Below the pieces are notes generated by a model. The model was not told where the DNA came from. It ran no database searches and was given only the letters and a program-made list of their open reading frames with translations. A stretch of DNA of 64,000 nt from Solirubrobacteraceae bacterium (GTDB taxonomy: Bacteria > Actinomycetota > Thermoleophilia > Solirubrobacterales > Solirubrobacteraceae), in NCBI GenBank assembly GCA_049591655.1, contig JBAWFG010000042.1, positions 6,849 through 70,848 of the forward strand, written 5' to 3'. Positions 27,667 through 37,050 of the stretch are shown piece after piece. Position 1 is the stretch's first letter; every line of letters starts with the position of its first letter. A program made the position numbers and the translations under genes.

Positions 27667-28445
27667 CCGCCACGATGCCGGCCGTCACATCCGCCGCGCT
27701 GGAGATCCAGGGTCTGGCCGCCGGTTATTTCGGCAGTCCCGTGATCCGTGACATCACGATCCGTGTGGCCCCGGGCGAGGTTGTGGCGCTGCTCGGACCT
27801 AATGGCGCTGGAAAGACAACGACGCTTGAGACGATCGCCGGCCTGAACAAGCCAATGGCGGGAACGATCTCGGTGCACGGCTCGGACGTCGGCTCTCGCC
27901 CGACTCATCTGCTGGCGCGGGAGGGGTTGGCGCTCGTGCCCGAGGGCCGCGCTCTGTTCCCTGGCCTGACCGTCCGTGAGCACCTCAGACTGGCCCGGTC
28001 CAAGGACGGCGTCGGTCAGCGTGAGCTGTTGGAGATGCTGCCCGAGCTGCAGAAATGCCTCGATCGCCGGGCGGGGCTGCTCTCCGGCGGTGAGCAGCAG
28101 ATGCTCGCCGTTGGCCGCGCGCTGGTCAGCCGTCCGCGGCTCCTGCTCGTCGACGAGATGAGCCTGGGCCTCGCGCCGGTGATCGTCGAGCGGCTGCTGC
28201 CGATCCTGCGGCGCGTGGCAAACGATTTCGGCACCGGCGTGCTGTTCGTCGAACAGCATGTTGCCCTCGCGCTCGAGGTCGCCGATCGAGCGTACGTACT
28301 CACCCACGGACGGATCGTTCTGGAGGGTCCGGCCGAGCAACTGCAGGCGGACCGAAAGCTGATCGCCGCGAGCTATCTCGGCGAGGCAGTCACCTACAGC
28401 CCCGAGCAGCACGCCATCACGTCAACCACCCAAAGGACCAACTGA
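27663..28445 (+). CDS. HAAT-family ABC transporter ATP-binding protein, LivF-like
   Basis: GPNGAGKTT, LSGGEQQML, LLLVDEMS. ATGA overlap with the preceding gene. Confidence 0.9.
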   Translation: MTATMPAVTSAALEIQGLAAGYFGSPVIRDITIRVAPGEVVALLGPNGAGKTTTLETIAGLNKPMAGTISVHGSDVGSRPTHLLAREGLALVPEGRALFPGLTVREHLRLARSKDGVGQRELLEMLPELQKCLDRRAGLLSGGEQQMLAVGRALVSRPRLLLVDEMSLGLAPVIVERLLPILRRVANDFGTGVLFVEQHVALALEVADRAYVLTHGRIVLEGPAEQLQADRKLIAASYLGEAVTYSPEQHAITSTTQRTN

Positions 28446-29719
28446 TGAGATCACTCCGTAAGCCGTTCGCCGCTGCGGCGGTGGTCGGCGCTGCCGCGCT
28501 GGCCGTCGCCGGATGCGGGAGCAGCAGCTCCTCGAGCTCGTCGACCGGCTCGTCGTCAGCTTCGACATCGACAGCCTCGAACGCGGCGAACACGAGTCTC
28601 GGAACGGTGCACAAGGCGACCGGGACGCCCTACGTCTTCGGACTGATCAACGATGAGACCGGACCGGTCACCTTCCCAGAGGCGCGGCAGGCCGAGATTG
28701 CAGCCGCCAGCTACGTCAACAACTACATGGGCGGCATCAACGGCCACCCGATCCAGCTGGCCGACTGCATCGGCGACACGACGGCGCCGACGAGCGCCCG
28801 CTGCGCCAACGAGCTCGTCGCAAAGCATCCGATGGCGATCCTCGGAGCAGCCGACACGGGCACGCCGGCTGCGGAGACGGTGTACGCGCGGGCAGGTCTC
28901 GCCTACCTCGGAGGCATCCCGTTCACCCCGGTCGAGCAGAACGCGCCGAACTCGGTCCAGTTCTGGTCGATCAGCCTCGGCGATAACGCCGCCGCCTCGG
29001 TGTACGCGGCCAAGTCGCTCGGCGCCAAGAGCGCCGATGTCCTCTACTTCGACAACTCGCAGGGCAAGGTCGCCGGGCTCGGCGTCATCCCGCCGGTGAT
29101 GAAGGCCGCGGGCATCACCAAGGTCAAGACGGTGGGTATTCCGCCGACGACGCCGGATCCGTCCTCCGTCGTCGCGACCGTCATCGCCGACCATCCCGAC
29201 GTCGTCTACGTCGATATCCCCAACAACTGCGGCGTCGTGCTCAAGGACCTCAAGAGCCTCGGCTACACCGGCAAGATCGTCGGGATCGACCCGTGCACCT
29301 CGCCGCCGGCCATCAGCTCCTCGGCCGGAGCTGCCCAGGGCATGTACGTCGCCACCCCGTTCCAGATCGGCCTGCCGCAGTTCAACACATTCGTTACCGC
29401 GCTCAAGAAGTATGGGGCGCCAGGAACTGCGATCGACGGGGTCTCCGAGGCGGGTTTCGCCACCGTCCTCAACGTCCGCAACGCGCTCAACACAATCAAG
29501 GGAACGCCGACGACCAAGACCATCCTGGCGGCCTTCAAAACGGGTTCAAATCACCCCAACTACATGTCACATCCCTACACCTGCGACGGACAGCAGGTCG
29601 CCAAGGCAGTGTCGGTCTGCGACGACCACTACCTGATCGCTCAGGTGAACGGGACGCAGCTCGTCGTCGCCCACCCGAACGCATGGGTCACCTCGAAGGG
29701 CTACTTCAAGGGCCTCTAG
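28445..29719 (+). CDS. Liv-type (type I periplasmic-binding fold) substrate-binding lipoprotein
   Basis: Lipobox LAVAGCGS followed by a Ser-rich linker. Size and pattern fit LivK/aromatic-acid binding proteins. Confidence 0.85.
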   Translation: MRSLRKPFAAAAVVGAAALAVAGCGSSSSSSSSTGSSSASTSTASNAANTSLGTVHKATGTPYVFGLINDETGPVTFPEARQAEIAAASYVNNYMGGINGHPIQLADCIGDTTAPTSARCANELVAKHPMAILGAADTGTPAAETVYARAGLAYLGGIPFTPVEQNAPNSVQFWSISLGDNAAASVYAAKSLGAKSADVLYFDNSQGKVAGLGVIPPVMKAAGITKVKTVGIPPTTPDPSSVVATVIADHPDVVYVDIPNNCGVVLKDLKSLGYTGKIVGIDPCTSPPAISSSAGAAQGMYVATPFQIGLPQFNTFVTALKKYGAPGTAIDGVSEAGFATVLNVRNALNTIKGTPTTKTILAAFKTGSNHPNYMSHPYTCDGQQVAKAVSVCDDHYLIAQVNGTQLVVAHPNAWVTSKGYFKGL

Positions 29720-29735
29720 CCGCGACCTGAAAGCA

Positions 29736-29766
29736 GCGGGCCCGCTCGGACGGCGAGCGGGCCCGC
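29736..29766 (+). other. intercistronic perfect stem-loop inside the ABC operon
   Basis: GCGGGCCCGCTC-GGACGGC-GAGCGGGCCCGC, a 12-bp perfect stem with a 7-nt loop, between the binding-protein and permease genes. No U-tract. Confidence 0.6.
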
Positions 29767-29785
29767 ATCACCTCTCCGAGCGCAC

Positions 29786-31828
29786 ATGTCCACCTACCTC
29801 CTCTTCCTGATCCTCGGCCTCGGGTCTGGTGCTACCTATGCGATCCTCGGCCTGGGACTCGTCCTCAAGTACCGCTCCAGCGGCGTCGTGGACTTCGCGC
29901 ACGGCGCGGTGGCGATGTGGATCGCCTACGTCTTCGTCAACCTGCGCACCCAGGGGACGCTGCCGCTCCCATGGATCGTGATTCCCCACCAGATCACGGT
30001 CGCCTCAACCGGGATGAGCGCGGGCCCGGCGATCGCCATTGCACTCGTGTACGCCGCGTTGCTTGGCGGCGTCCTGTACCTCCTCGTGTACCGGCCGCTG
30101 CGGTTCGCGGCGCCACTCACGCGGATCTGCGCGTCGGTCGGCGTGATGCTGTTCTTCGAGGCGATCGCGGTCCTGAACTTCGGCACCGAGTCAAAGACGA
30201 CGCCGACGATCCTGCCGAGCACCTCGATCACGCTCAGCGGCATCACCTTCCCGAGTGACCGGATCTTCTTTGCCGGGATCGTGCTCGCCAGCGCGATCGT
30301 GCTGTCGCTCGTCTACCGGTACACCCGGTTCGGCCTGGCCACCCGCGCGGGTGCGGAGAACGACCGGGGGGCGGCGCTGATCGGCATCTCGGCCAACCGG
30401 GTCGCGCTCGCCAACTACGTGATCGCCACGGTTCTGGCCGGCGTGGCAGGGATCTTGATTGCGCCGATCGCCAACCTCGATCCGACGTCATACACGCTGT
30501 TCATCGTGCCCGCGCTCGGCGTGGCGCTCGTCGGTCGCTTCGAGTCCTTCTGGATCGTCGCGGTGGCCGGCCTGCTGCTGGGGATGCTCCAGTCGGAGAT
30601 CATCAAGTTCCAGACCTTCAGCTGGTTCCCGCAGGGCAACGTCGGCGACGCGCTCCCGTTCATCCTCATCATCGTGACGATGGCGCTGCGCGCCCGTAGC
30701 CCCCTGGCGCGCGGCGAGACCGTGGCGCAGCGCAACCCCACCGTGGCTCGGCCCGGCAACCCGCTCATGAGCGCCGCGTTCTGTGTCGCCGCCGGTGCGG
30801 TGCTGTTGTTCCTCCTCCAGGGATCGCTGCGCAACGCGTTCATCTCGTCGATGACCTTCACCTGCGTGGCACTCTCGCTGGTGTTGCTCACCGGATACGT
30901 CGGGCAGGTGTCCCTGGCGCAGATGACGTTTGCCGGCGTCGGCGGCTTCATGCTCGGACACATCTCGCACGGGTGGGGGATCGGTTTCCCGTTCTCGTTG
31001 ATCATCGCCGGGCTCTGCGCGGTCCCCATCGGACTTCTCATCGGGCTGCCCGCGTTGCGACTGCGTGGCGTCAACCTGGCGGTGGTGACACTGGGAGCGG
31101 CGTTCACCGCCGATGCGCTGATCTTCAATAGTCAGGGCTTCGCCGGCGGGCTCGACGGACTGCCGATCAAGGCGCCCCACCTGCTGGGTCTCAACCTGTC
31201 GATCAGCCAGGGCCACGATTACCCAACGATCATCTTCGGAGTGCTCGTTCTCCTGGTGGTGACCCTGATGGGGCTGCTCGTGGCGCGGCTGCGCCGCGGC
31301 GCAGCCGGCCGGATGCTGCTTGCCGTGCGCTCCAATGAGCGGGCCGCCGCATCGGTCGGCATCAACGTCCCTCAGGCCAAGCTGCTCGCGTTTGCGATCG
31401 CCGCGTTCATCGCGGGCATCGGGGGAGCGCTCACCGGCTACCAGCAGGGCACCCTGACCGCGGACGGCTTTTCCACCTTCGTCTCGCTGGGACTGCTGGC
31501 GGTCGTCTATGTGGCCGGCATCGGGCGCATCTCCGGTGCCGTCTTTGCGGGGATCATGATGGCGTCGATCGGTCTCTTCGTCACCTTCCTCGACGAGCAG
31601 TTCGGGATCGGCAAGTACCAGACGATCGTCGCCGGCGTCGCTCTCGTCGTCACCGCGATCGCCAACCCCGACGGCGTCATGAGCACCAGTACCGGCAAGG
31701 GACCGGCGGTCGCCTTCTTCGCGCTACGAGATGCGCTGCTCGCTCGTCTGCGCCCGGGGGGTGCGACAGAAGCGGATGTTCCTGCGGGTGACGTCCCGCC
31801 CGCCATCGAGCATCCGCGCCACGTCTAA
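29786..31828 (+). CDS. fused LivH-LivM type ABC permease (both membrane domains in one 680-aa polypeptide)
   Basis: The N-terminal half is LivH-like (LGLGSGATYAILGLGLVL). The C-terminal half is LivM-like (LLTGYVGQVSLAQMTFAGVGGF). No stop or frame change between the halves. Confidence 0.85.
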   Translation: MSTYLLFLILGLGSGATYAILGLGLVLKYRSSGVVDFAHGAVAMWIAYVFVNLRTQGTLPLPWIVIPHQITVASTGMSAGPAIAIALVYAALLGGVLYLLVYRPLRFAAPLTRICASVGVMLFFEAIAVLNFGTESKTTPTILPSTSITLSGITFPSDRIFFAGIVLASAIVLSLVYRYTRFGLATRAGAENDRGAALIGISANRVALANYVIATVLAGVAGILIAPIANLDPTSYTLFIVPALGVALVGRFESFWIVAVAGLLLGMLQSEIIKFQTFSWFPQGNVGDALPFILIIVTMALRARSPLARGETVAQRNPTVARPGNPLMSAAFCVAAGAVLLFLLQGSLRNAFISSMTFTCVALSLVLLTGYVGQVSLAQMTFAGVGGFMLGHISHGWGIGFPFSLIIAGLCAVPIGLLIGLPALRLRGVNLAVVTLGAAFTADALIFNSQGFAGGLDGLPIKAPHLLGLNLSISQGHDYPTIIFGVLVLLVVTLMGLLVARLRRGAAGRMLLAVRSNERAAASVGINVPQAKLLAFAIAAFIAGIGGALTGYQQGTLTADGFSTFVSLGLLAVVYVAGIGRISGAVFAGIMMASIGLFVTFLDEQFGIGKYQTIVAGVALVVTAIANPDGVMSTSTGKGPAVAFFALRDALLARLRPGGATEADVPAGDVPPAIEHPRHV

Positions 31829-31844
31829 CCAGAGCAGGAGAGCC

Positions 31845-33026
31845 ATGAGCACCACGATCCCCGTCTCCGATATTGACCTCTTTGACGACGCGGTCCTCGC
31901 CGACCCATACGCGACCTATGAGGAGTTGAGAGACCTGGGCGCCGCCGTATGGCTCGAGCGCCATAAGGCGTGGGCGATTCCGCGCTACGCGGAGGTCCGC
32001 GCGATCCTGCGTGACCACGAGACGTTCTCGTCATCGCCCAACCCGGGCCTTGAGCCCGAGCAGCCGTACATGCCGCGCGGCGATGTCCTGGGCGCCGACC
32101 CCCCGGACCACGAGAGGCTGCGCCGAGTGCTCGCCGACCAGCTCCTGCCGCGCGCGCTCCGCGGGCTGGGCGAGCGGATCGCCGCTCAGGCCGACGAACT
32201 CGTCGCCGGCGCCGTCGCCCGCGGAAGCTTCGACGCGATCGAGGAGATCGCACGGCGGTTCCCGGTCGATGTCGTCGCCGATCTGGTAGGGCTGGGTCCC
32301 GACCGTCGCGAGGATCTCCTCACCTTCGCCGACGCGGCTTTCAACACGTTCGGACCCTTCAACGAGCGCACGCAGGCGTCGTTGGCCACCGTGTCCGGGC
32401 TGTTGGACTTCATGCAGTCGGCGATGAGCCGGGAGTCGCTGCGGCCCGGCAGCTGGGGCGCGGCGGCATATGCCGCCGCCGACCGTGGCGAGATCAGTCA
32501 CGAGGACGCGGGTCGGATGATGGGAGCCTTCGTCGTGGCTGGAATGGACACCACGGTCAACGCGATCGGTAGCGCAATCTGGCTTCTGGCGCAGCGCCCG
32601 GATCGGTTCGCCGCTCTGCGTGCGGATCCCGGCCTGGCCAAGCCGGCATTTGAGGAGACGCTGCGCTACGAATCGCCGGTGATCATGTTCGCTCGCGGAG
32701 CCACCCGTGACACCGAGATCGGCGGGACTCCAATCGCCGCGGGTGACCGTGTCGTCCTGCTGTTTGGCTCGGCCAACCGCGATGAGCGACGGTACCCCGA
32801 CGCCGAGCAATTCGAGATCACGCGCAACCCGCTTGACCACGTCGCGTTCGGCTACGGAATCCACGTCTGCGTCGGGGCCGGACTTGCGCGGATGGAGGGC
32901 CCGGCGATCCTGGCCGCGCTGGCGCGGCGTGTCGAGCGGCTCGAGCTGGACGGGGAGCCGCGGCGCCATCTCAATAACGTCATCCGCGGCCTCGCCGAGC
33001 TGCCGGTCACCGTGACGGCTGCCTAG
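31845..33026 (+). CDS. cytochrome P450
   Basis: Heme-binding loop FGYGIHVCVGAGLA, I-helix AGMDTT, ETLR (ExxR). RBS GGAGAG. Confidence 0.9.
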   Translation: MSTTIPVSDIDLFDDAVLADPYATYEELRDLGAAVWLERHKAWAIPRYAEVRAILRDHETFSSSPNPGLEPEQPYMPRGDVLGADPPDHERLRRVLADQLLPRALRGLGERIAAQADELVAGAVARGSFDAIEEIARRFPVDVVADLVGLGPDRREDLLTFADAAFNTFGPFNERTQASLATVSGLLDFMQSAMSRESLRPGSWGAAAYAAADRGEISHEDAGRMMGAFVVAGMDTTVNAIGSAIWLLAQRPDRFAALRADPGLAKPAFEETLRYESPVIMFARGATRDTEIGGTPIAAGDRVVLLFGSANRDERRYPDAEQFEITRNPLDHVAFGYGIHVCVGAGLARMEGPAILAALARRVERLELDGEPRRHLNNVIRGLAELPVTVTAA

Positions 33027-33034
33027 CTCAGCTC

Positions 33035-33060
33035 ACCCGCCGGGGTCAGCCCCCGGCGGG
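33035..33060. terminator. hairpin between convergent P450 and dienelactone hydrolase genes
   Basis: ACCCGCCGGGG-TCAG-CCCCGGCGGGT, an 11-bp stem. The right arm overlaps the last codons of the minus-strand gene. Confidence 0.4.
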
Positions 33061-33798
33061 TAGCCGTTCGCCGAGCACCGCCAGCGTGCCAGCCCACGCC
33101 CGCTCGGCGGCGCGCTCGTTGTAGGCCGGCATCCCGGGCATCGTGAAGCCGTGATCGGCGCCGTCAATGATCTCGATCCGATGAGGGACCCGCTGCGCGT
33201 CAAGCGCGTCACGCAGCGGCGGGATCACCGACAGCGGCGTGACGTGGTCGTTCTCGCCGAAGCCGAGGTACAGGTCGGCGGTGACCCCCGCCAGCTCGCG
33301 GTGTGGGGAGTCGGGCTCGTCGGTGACCAGCCGCGAGGGGTGCAGCAGCGCGGCGGCGGCCAGTTCGCCGCCGAACCGGGTCGCCGCGCGCAGCCCAAAG
33401 CGCCCGCCGGCGCAGAATCCGACGCACGCCCACCGGTCGCCCGGGTCCACGACGGCGAGCAACTCGGCGGTGTCCTGGATGATCTCCGCATCCTGCAGCG
33501 TGCGCACCGCGGCCGCCATCCGCTCAAACTCGGCCGGGTCGCCGCCGCTCAGCCGCTCGGGGCGGGGGAGGTCGTCCGCGGCGAGCGTGTAGTAGAGGTC
33601 GGGCAACGCGGTCCGGTACCCGGCGGCGGTGAGGCGACGGGCATGGTCGTGCAGCGCTGGGCGGATCCCCGGCGCGTCCATGAACAGCACGACGAGCGGC
33701 GCGTCGGGTGCGTCGATGGGGTGGGTGAGGTGAACCGGCATCTGGCCACGTTCGGTCTGCACGGTGATCTTCTGCTCGGTGATCGTCTGTTCGGTCAC
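33046..33798 (-). CDS. dienelactone hydrolase family protein
   Basis: Cys nucleophile context VGFCAGG and C-terminal DHGF motif. Confidence 0.85.
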   Translation of the reverse strand: MTEQTITEQKITVQTERGQMPVHLTHPIDAPDAPLVVLFMDAPGIRPALHDHARRLTAAGYRTALPDLYYTLAADDLPRPERLSGGDPAEFERMAAAVRTLQDAEIIQDTAELLAVVDPGDRWACVGFCAGGRFGLRAATRFGGELAAAALLHPSRLVTDEPDSPHRELAGVTADLYLGFGENDHVTPLSVIPPLRDALDAQRVPHRIEIIDGADHGFTMPGMPAYNERAAERAWAGTLAVLGERLPAGG

Positions 33799-33835
33799 GC
33801 TGTCTCCTGGTCGGCGGGGGAGTCCACCGCTGTTA

Positions 33836-34381
33836 TCACTCGGGCGGCCCGGTCATGACACGCAGCGGCTCGCTGCCGTCCCAGCCCTCGGCCGCGCCGC
33901 GAACCATGGCGTAGAAGCCGAGCAGCTCGTCTCGCTGTTGGAGCACCTCAACGGGATGGCCGAGCAATGGGCCGCCCTCAAACCACACCGCCGAGGCCGG
34001 CCCGGCGCGCCCCGTGTGAAACGGCTTAAGGCCAAGCCCGCGCAGACGCTCGGTCTCCGCCTCCAGCGACTCGGCCAGCCACGCGATGTGGCCGATCCCC
34101 GCGCCCGGTGCGGTTAGCGCGGCGCGCAGGCCGGCCGGCTGGGCGTCGTGGACCTCGCTGAGCTCGACCAGCACCGGCCCCCACTGGCCGAACGCGGACG
34201 AGTGGTCATAGCTCGCCGGCGCTCCCCGGTAGGTCACCTCGTCAAAGACGATGTGCTCCATGCCAAAGAACGGCCCGGCGCCGAAGGCAGCGGCGAATCG
34301 GGGGACGTCGCGGGCGAGGCTTTCGACCACATAACCGACGTGATGAGGTCGTGAGGGTAGGTCTGCAGGCGTTGGACTCAT
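33836..34381 (-). CDS. VOC (glyoxalase/bleomycin-resistance/extradiol dioxygenase) family protein
   Basis: PHHVGYVV and IGHIAW beta-alpha-beta-beta-beta module starts. Confidence 0.7.
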   Translation of the reverse strand: MSPTPADLPSRPHHVGYVVESLARDVPRFAAAFGAGPFFGMEHIVFDEVTYRGAPASYDHSSAFGQWGPVLVELSEVHDAQPAGLRAALTAPGAGIGHIAWLAESLEAETERLRGLGLKPFHTGRAGPASAVWFEGGPLLGHPVEVLQQRDELLGFYAMVRGAAEGWDGSEPLRVMTGPPE

Positions 34382-34387
34382 GGCCGC

Positions 34388-34423
34388 AAACTGTAGACGA
34401 ATACTGGAACTGTATGCAATACT
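34388..34423 (+). promoter_or_regulatory. operator-like boxes, copy c (two tandem copies) overlapping a probable near-leaderless promoter
   Basis: AAACTGTAGACGAATACTGG followed by AACTGTATGCAATACT fills almost the whole 52-nt divergent intergenic region. TGCAATACT resembles an extended -10 element ending 10 nt before ATG 34434. Confidence 0.55.
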
Positions 34424-34433
34424 CTCGACCGAG

Positions 34434-34844
34434 ATGGAGGGGACGGGGTTCGATCACGTGGGGCTCTCGGTGGCCGACCTGGACGCGAGCGAGGCGTTCC
34501 TGACCGCCGCCTTCGACTTCGCCGCCGAGTTTCGCTTCACGCTTGATCCCCACCCGGTCGCCGGGGTCATGCTGCGCCATCCATCCGGGTTCCGGTTGGA
34601 GCTGCTGCGCCACGCGGCGTCCCATCCGGGCATCCAGGCGACGACGCCGATCGAGGCCCTCGCCACCCGCGGCTACGGCCACTTTGCCCTCGCCGCGCCG
34701 GACATCGACCCGGTGTTCACGCGCGCGGTCGCCGCCGGCGCCCGGGCGCTGCGTGAGCCGGGTCCCTCTCCGGAGCCGGGCGTGCGGTTCGCGTTCCTCG
34801 CCGATCCGGAGGGCAATCTCATCGAGCTCGTGGAGCGGCGCTGA
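34434..34844 (+). CDS. VOC family protein (glyoxalase-like)
   Basis: MEGTGFDHVGLSVADLDASEAFL and GYGHFAL. No RBS, consistent with a leaderless or near-leaderless transcript. Confidence 0.8.
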   Translation: MEGTGFDHVGLSVADLDASEAFLTAAFDFAAEFRFTLDPHPVAGVMLRHPSGFRLELLRHAASHPGIQATTPIEALATRGYGHFALAAPDIDPVFTRAVAAGARALREPGPSPEPGVRFAFLADPEGNLIELVERR

Positions 34845-35611
34845 TGGGGCGTCTGGCCGGCAAGGTCGTCCTGATCACCGGAACCGCCGGAGGGCAGGGC
34901 GCCGCTGCCGCCCACCTGTTCGCCGCCGAGGGAGCGAGCGTCGCCGGCTGTGATCTCGACGCCGACCGGGCCGCGTCGGTGGCCGCCGAGGTGCACGCGG
35001 CCGGCGGTCTCATGTCCTCCACGGCGCCGGTCGATCTCGCCGACCCCGACGCCGCCGCCGCGTGGGTCGATGACGCCGCCGAGCGCTGGGGCGGGATCGA
35101 CGTGCTCTACAACAACGCATCCGCGCCGCGGGTGGGGCCGTTTGACGCGGTCACCTGGGATGACTGGCGGTTCACGCTGCACAACGAGCTGGATCTGATC
35201 TTCACCGTCACCCGTGCCGCCTGGCCGCACCTCGTCGCCCGCGGCGGTGGGGCGATCATCAATACCGCGTCGGTCGCGGCCCATCGCGGCGCGACGTTCA
35301 TCGAGCAGGCCTCCCACGGCGCCGCCAAGGGCGGGGTGCTGGCGCTCACCCGGCATCTGGCGGCGTCCGGCGCTCGCCACGGCATCCGCGTCAACTCGAT
35401 CAGCCCGGGATTGATCGTCACCCCGCAGATCGAGCCGTTCCTCGACGAGCCCGGGCACCCCGTGCACGAGATGCATCGCACCCATCCGCTCGGGCGGTTG
35501 GGCACTCCGGACGACGTTGCCCGCGTCGCGCTGTTCCTCGCCTCCGACGACGCCGCCTACCTCAACGCCGTGGACATCATCGTCGACGGCGGCCAATCGC
35601 TCATCTCATGA
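34844..35611 (+). CDS. SDR-family oxidoreductase
   Basis: TGTAGGQG, NNAS and Y/K region (HGAAKGG). The start overlaps the previous stop (ATGA-type junction). Confidence 0.9.
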   Translation: MGRLAGKVVLITGTAGGQGAAAAHLFAAEGASVAGCDLDADRAASVAAEVHAAGGLMSSTAPVDLADPDAAAAWVDDAAERWGGIDVLYNNASAPRVGPFDAVTWDDWRFTLHNELDLIFTVTRAAWPHLVARGGGAIINTASVAAHRGATFIEQASHGAAKGGVLALTRHLAASGARHGIRVNSISPGLIVTPQIEPFLDEPGHPVHEMHRTHPLGRLGTPDDVARVALFLASDDAAYLNAVDIIVDGGQSLIS

Positions 35612-36984
35612 ACGGCGAGCTCATCTGGCGCGGGGACGGCGCCTACGAGGAGGCCCGGGTCGGGCGCGTGTTCAACGCGCGGCGGCCGGACCGGTTCCCG
35701 GCCGCCGTGCTGTTCGCCGAAGCCGAGTCCGACGTGGTGGACGGAGTGCGGCTGGCGCGCGAGCGCGGCCTGCGGGTCTCGATCCGCTCCGGCGGCCATT
35801 CCTGGGCGGCGTGGAGCGTGCGTGAGGATGCGCTGCTCATCGATCTCGGGCGCATCCATGAGATGACGTATGACCCGGCGACCGGGATCGCCACCGCCAG
35901 TCCGGCGGTCAAGGGCGGCGCTGAGCTGACGCCGTTTCTCACCGGCCACGGACGCGCGTTTCCCGGCGGGCACTGCCCGAGCGTCGGCATCGGCGGCTTC
36001 CTGCTCCAGGGTGGCCAGGGCTGGAACAGCCGTAAGCACGGCTGGGCCTGCGAGAGTGTGATCGCGATCGACGTGGTCACCGCCGATGGCCGGCTCGTGC
36101 ATGCCGACGAGCACGAAAACGCCGATCTGCTGTGGGCGGCCCGCGGCGCCGGTCCGGGCTTCTTCGGCGTGGTCACCCGGTTTCACCTGCGCACGTATCC
36201 ATTGCCGCAGTCGATGACCCACGACACCTGGACGTTCGAGCTCGACGACCTCGAGCCGCTGCTGACCTGGATCGATGACCTGCTCCCGTCGCTTGACCGC
36301 GTCGTCGAGCCGGTGATCGCCGCCACCCGTCTGCCCCGCCCCGAGGGGCCGCCGGTGCTGCTCCTGCACACGACCGCGATGTGCGACGCCGCCGAACAGG
36401 CCGAGCGGGTGCTCGCCCCACTCGCCGCCTGTCCGCTCGCCGACCGCGCGCTCGCCCACGAGCGGGGCCCGACGTCCATCGAGGCCGAGAACGAGGCCCA
36501 GGCGCAGCAGAACCCCGAGGGTTACCGCTACGGAGTGGACTGCACATGGACCGACGCGCGCGCCGCCGAACTGGCCCCGCGCCTGCGCGCGCTGTGGTCG
36601 CAGTTGCCGACCGAGCACTCGTTCTCTATCTGGTATGGCTGGGCCCCGTCGGGCCCGCTGCCGGATATGGCGTTCTCGGTCCAGGGCCGCGCGTACATCG
36701 CCACGTATGCCATCTGGTCAGATCCCGCCGAGGACGAGCGCCACCGCTCGTGGGTGGTGGATCACACTCAGCGGCTCGCCGAGCTGGGCATCGGCGTCTA
36801 CCTCGGTGACACCGACTTCACCCGGCGTCCTGACCGGTTCCTCTCCGACGCCGGGTTCCGCCGGCTGGAGCAATTGCGGGATCGGTGGGACCCCGAGGGG
36901 CGGTTTCACTCCTACCTGATCGCCGACGGCGCGACGCTCAACGCAGAACCAGTCCGCCGTCCGGGCACGACGTCTGCCCGGTGA
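35608..36984 (+). CDS. FAD-binding (FAD_binding_4 / BBE-like) oxidoreductase
   Basis: RSGGHSW, GIGGFLLQGGQGW and C-terminal RDRWDPEGRFH (BBE-like tail). Confidence 0.9.
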   Translation: MNGELIWRGDGAYEEARVGRVFNARRPDRFPAAVLFAEAESDVVDGVRLARERGLRVSIRSGGHSWAAWSVREDALLIDLGRIHEMTYDPATGIATASPAVKGGAELTPFLTGHGRAFPGGHCPSVGIGGFLLQGGQGWNSRKHGWACESVIAIDVVTADGRLVHADEHENADLLWAARGAGPGFFGVVTRFHLRTYPLPQSMTHDTWTFELDDLEPLLTWIDDLLPSLDRVVEPVIAATRLPRPEGPPVLLLHTTAMCDAAEQAERVLAPLAACPLADRALAHERGPTSIEAENEAQAQQNPEGYRYGVDCTWTDARAAELAPRLRALWSQLPTEHSFSIWYGWAPSGPLPDMAFSVQGRAYIATYAIWSDPAEDERHRSWVVDHTQRLAELGIGVYLGDTDFTRRPDRFLSDAGFRRLEQLRDRWDPEGRFHSYLIADGATLNAEPVRRPGTTSAR

Positions 36985-37008
36985 GGGCACATCTGCACGC
37001 AAGTGAGC

Positions 37009-37024
37009 TTACTGTATACAATTG
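37009..37024 (+). promoter_or_regulatory. operator-like box, copy d (TTACTGTATACAATTG)
   Basis: AT-rich patch 27 nt upstream of ATG 37051, just before RBS GAGGAGAG. Confidence 0.55.
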
Positions 37025-37050
37025 TCGAAACGACGAGACTGAGGAGAGTC

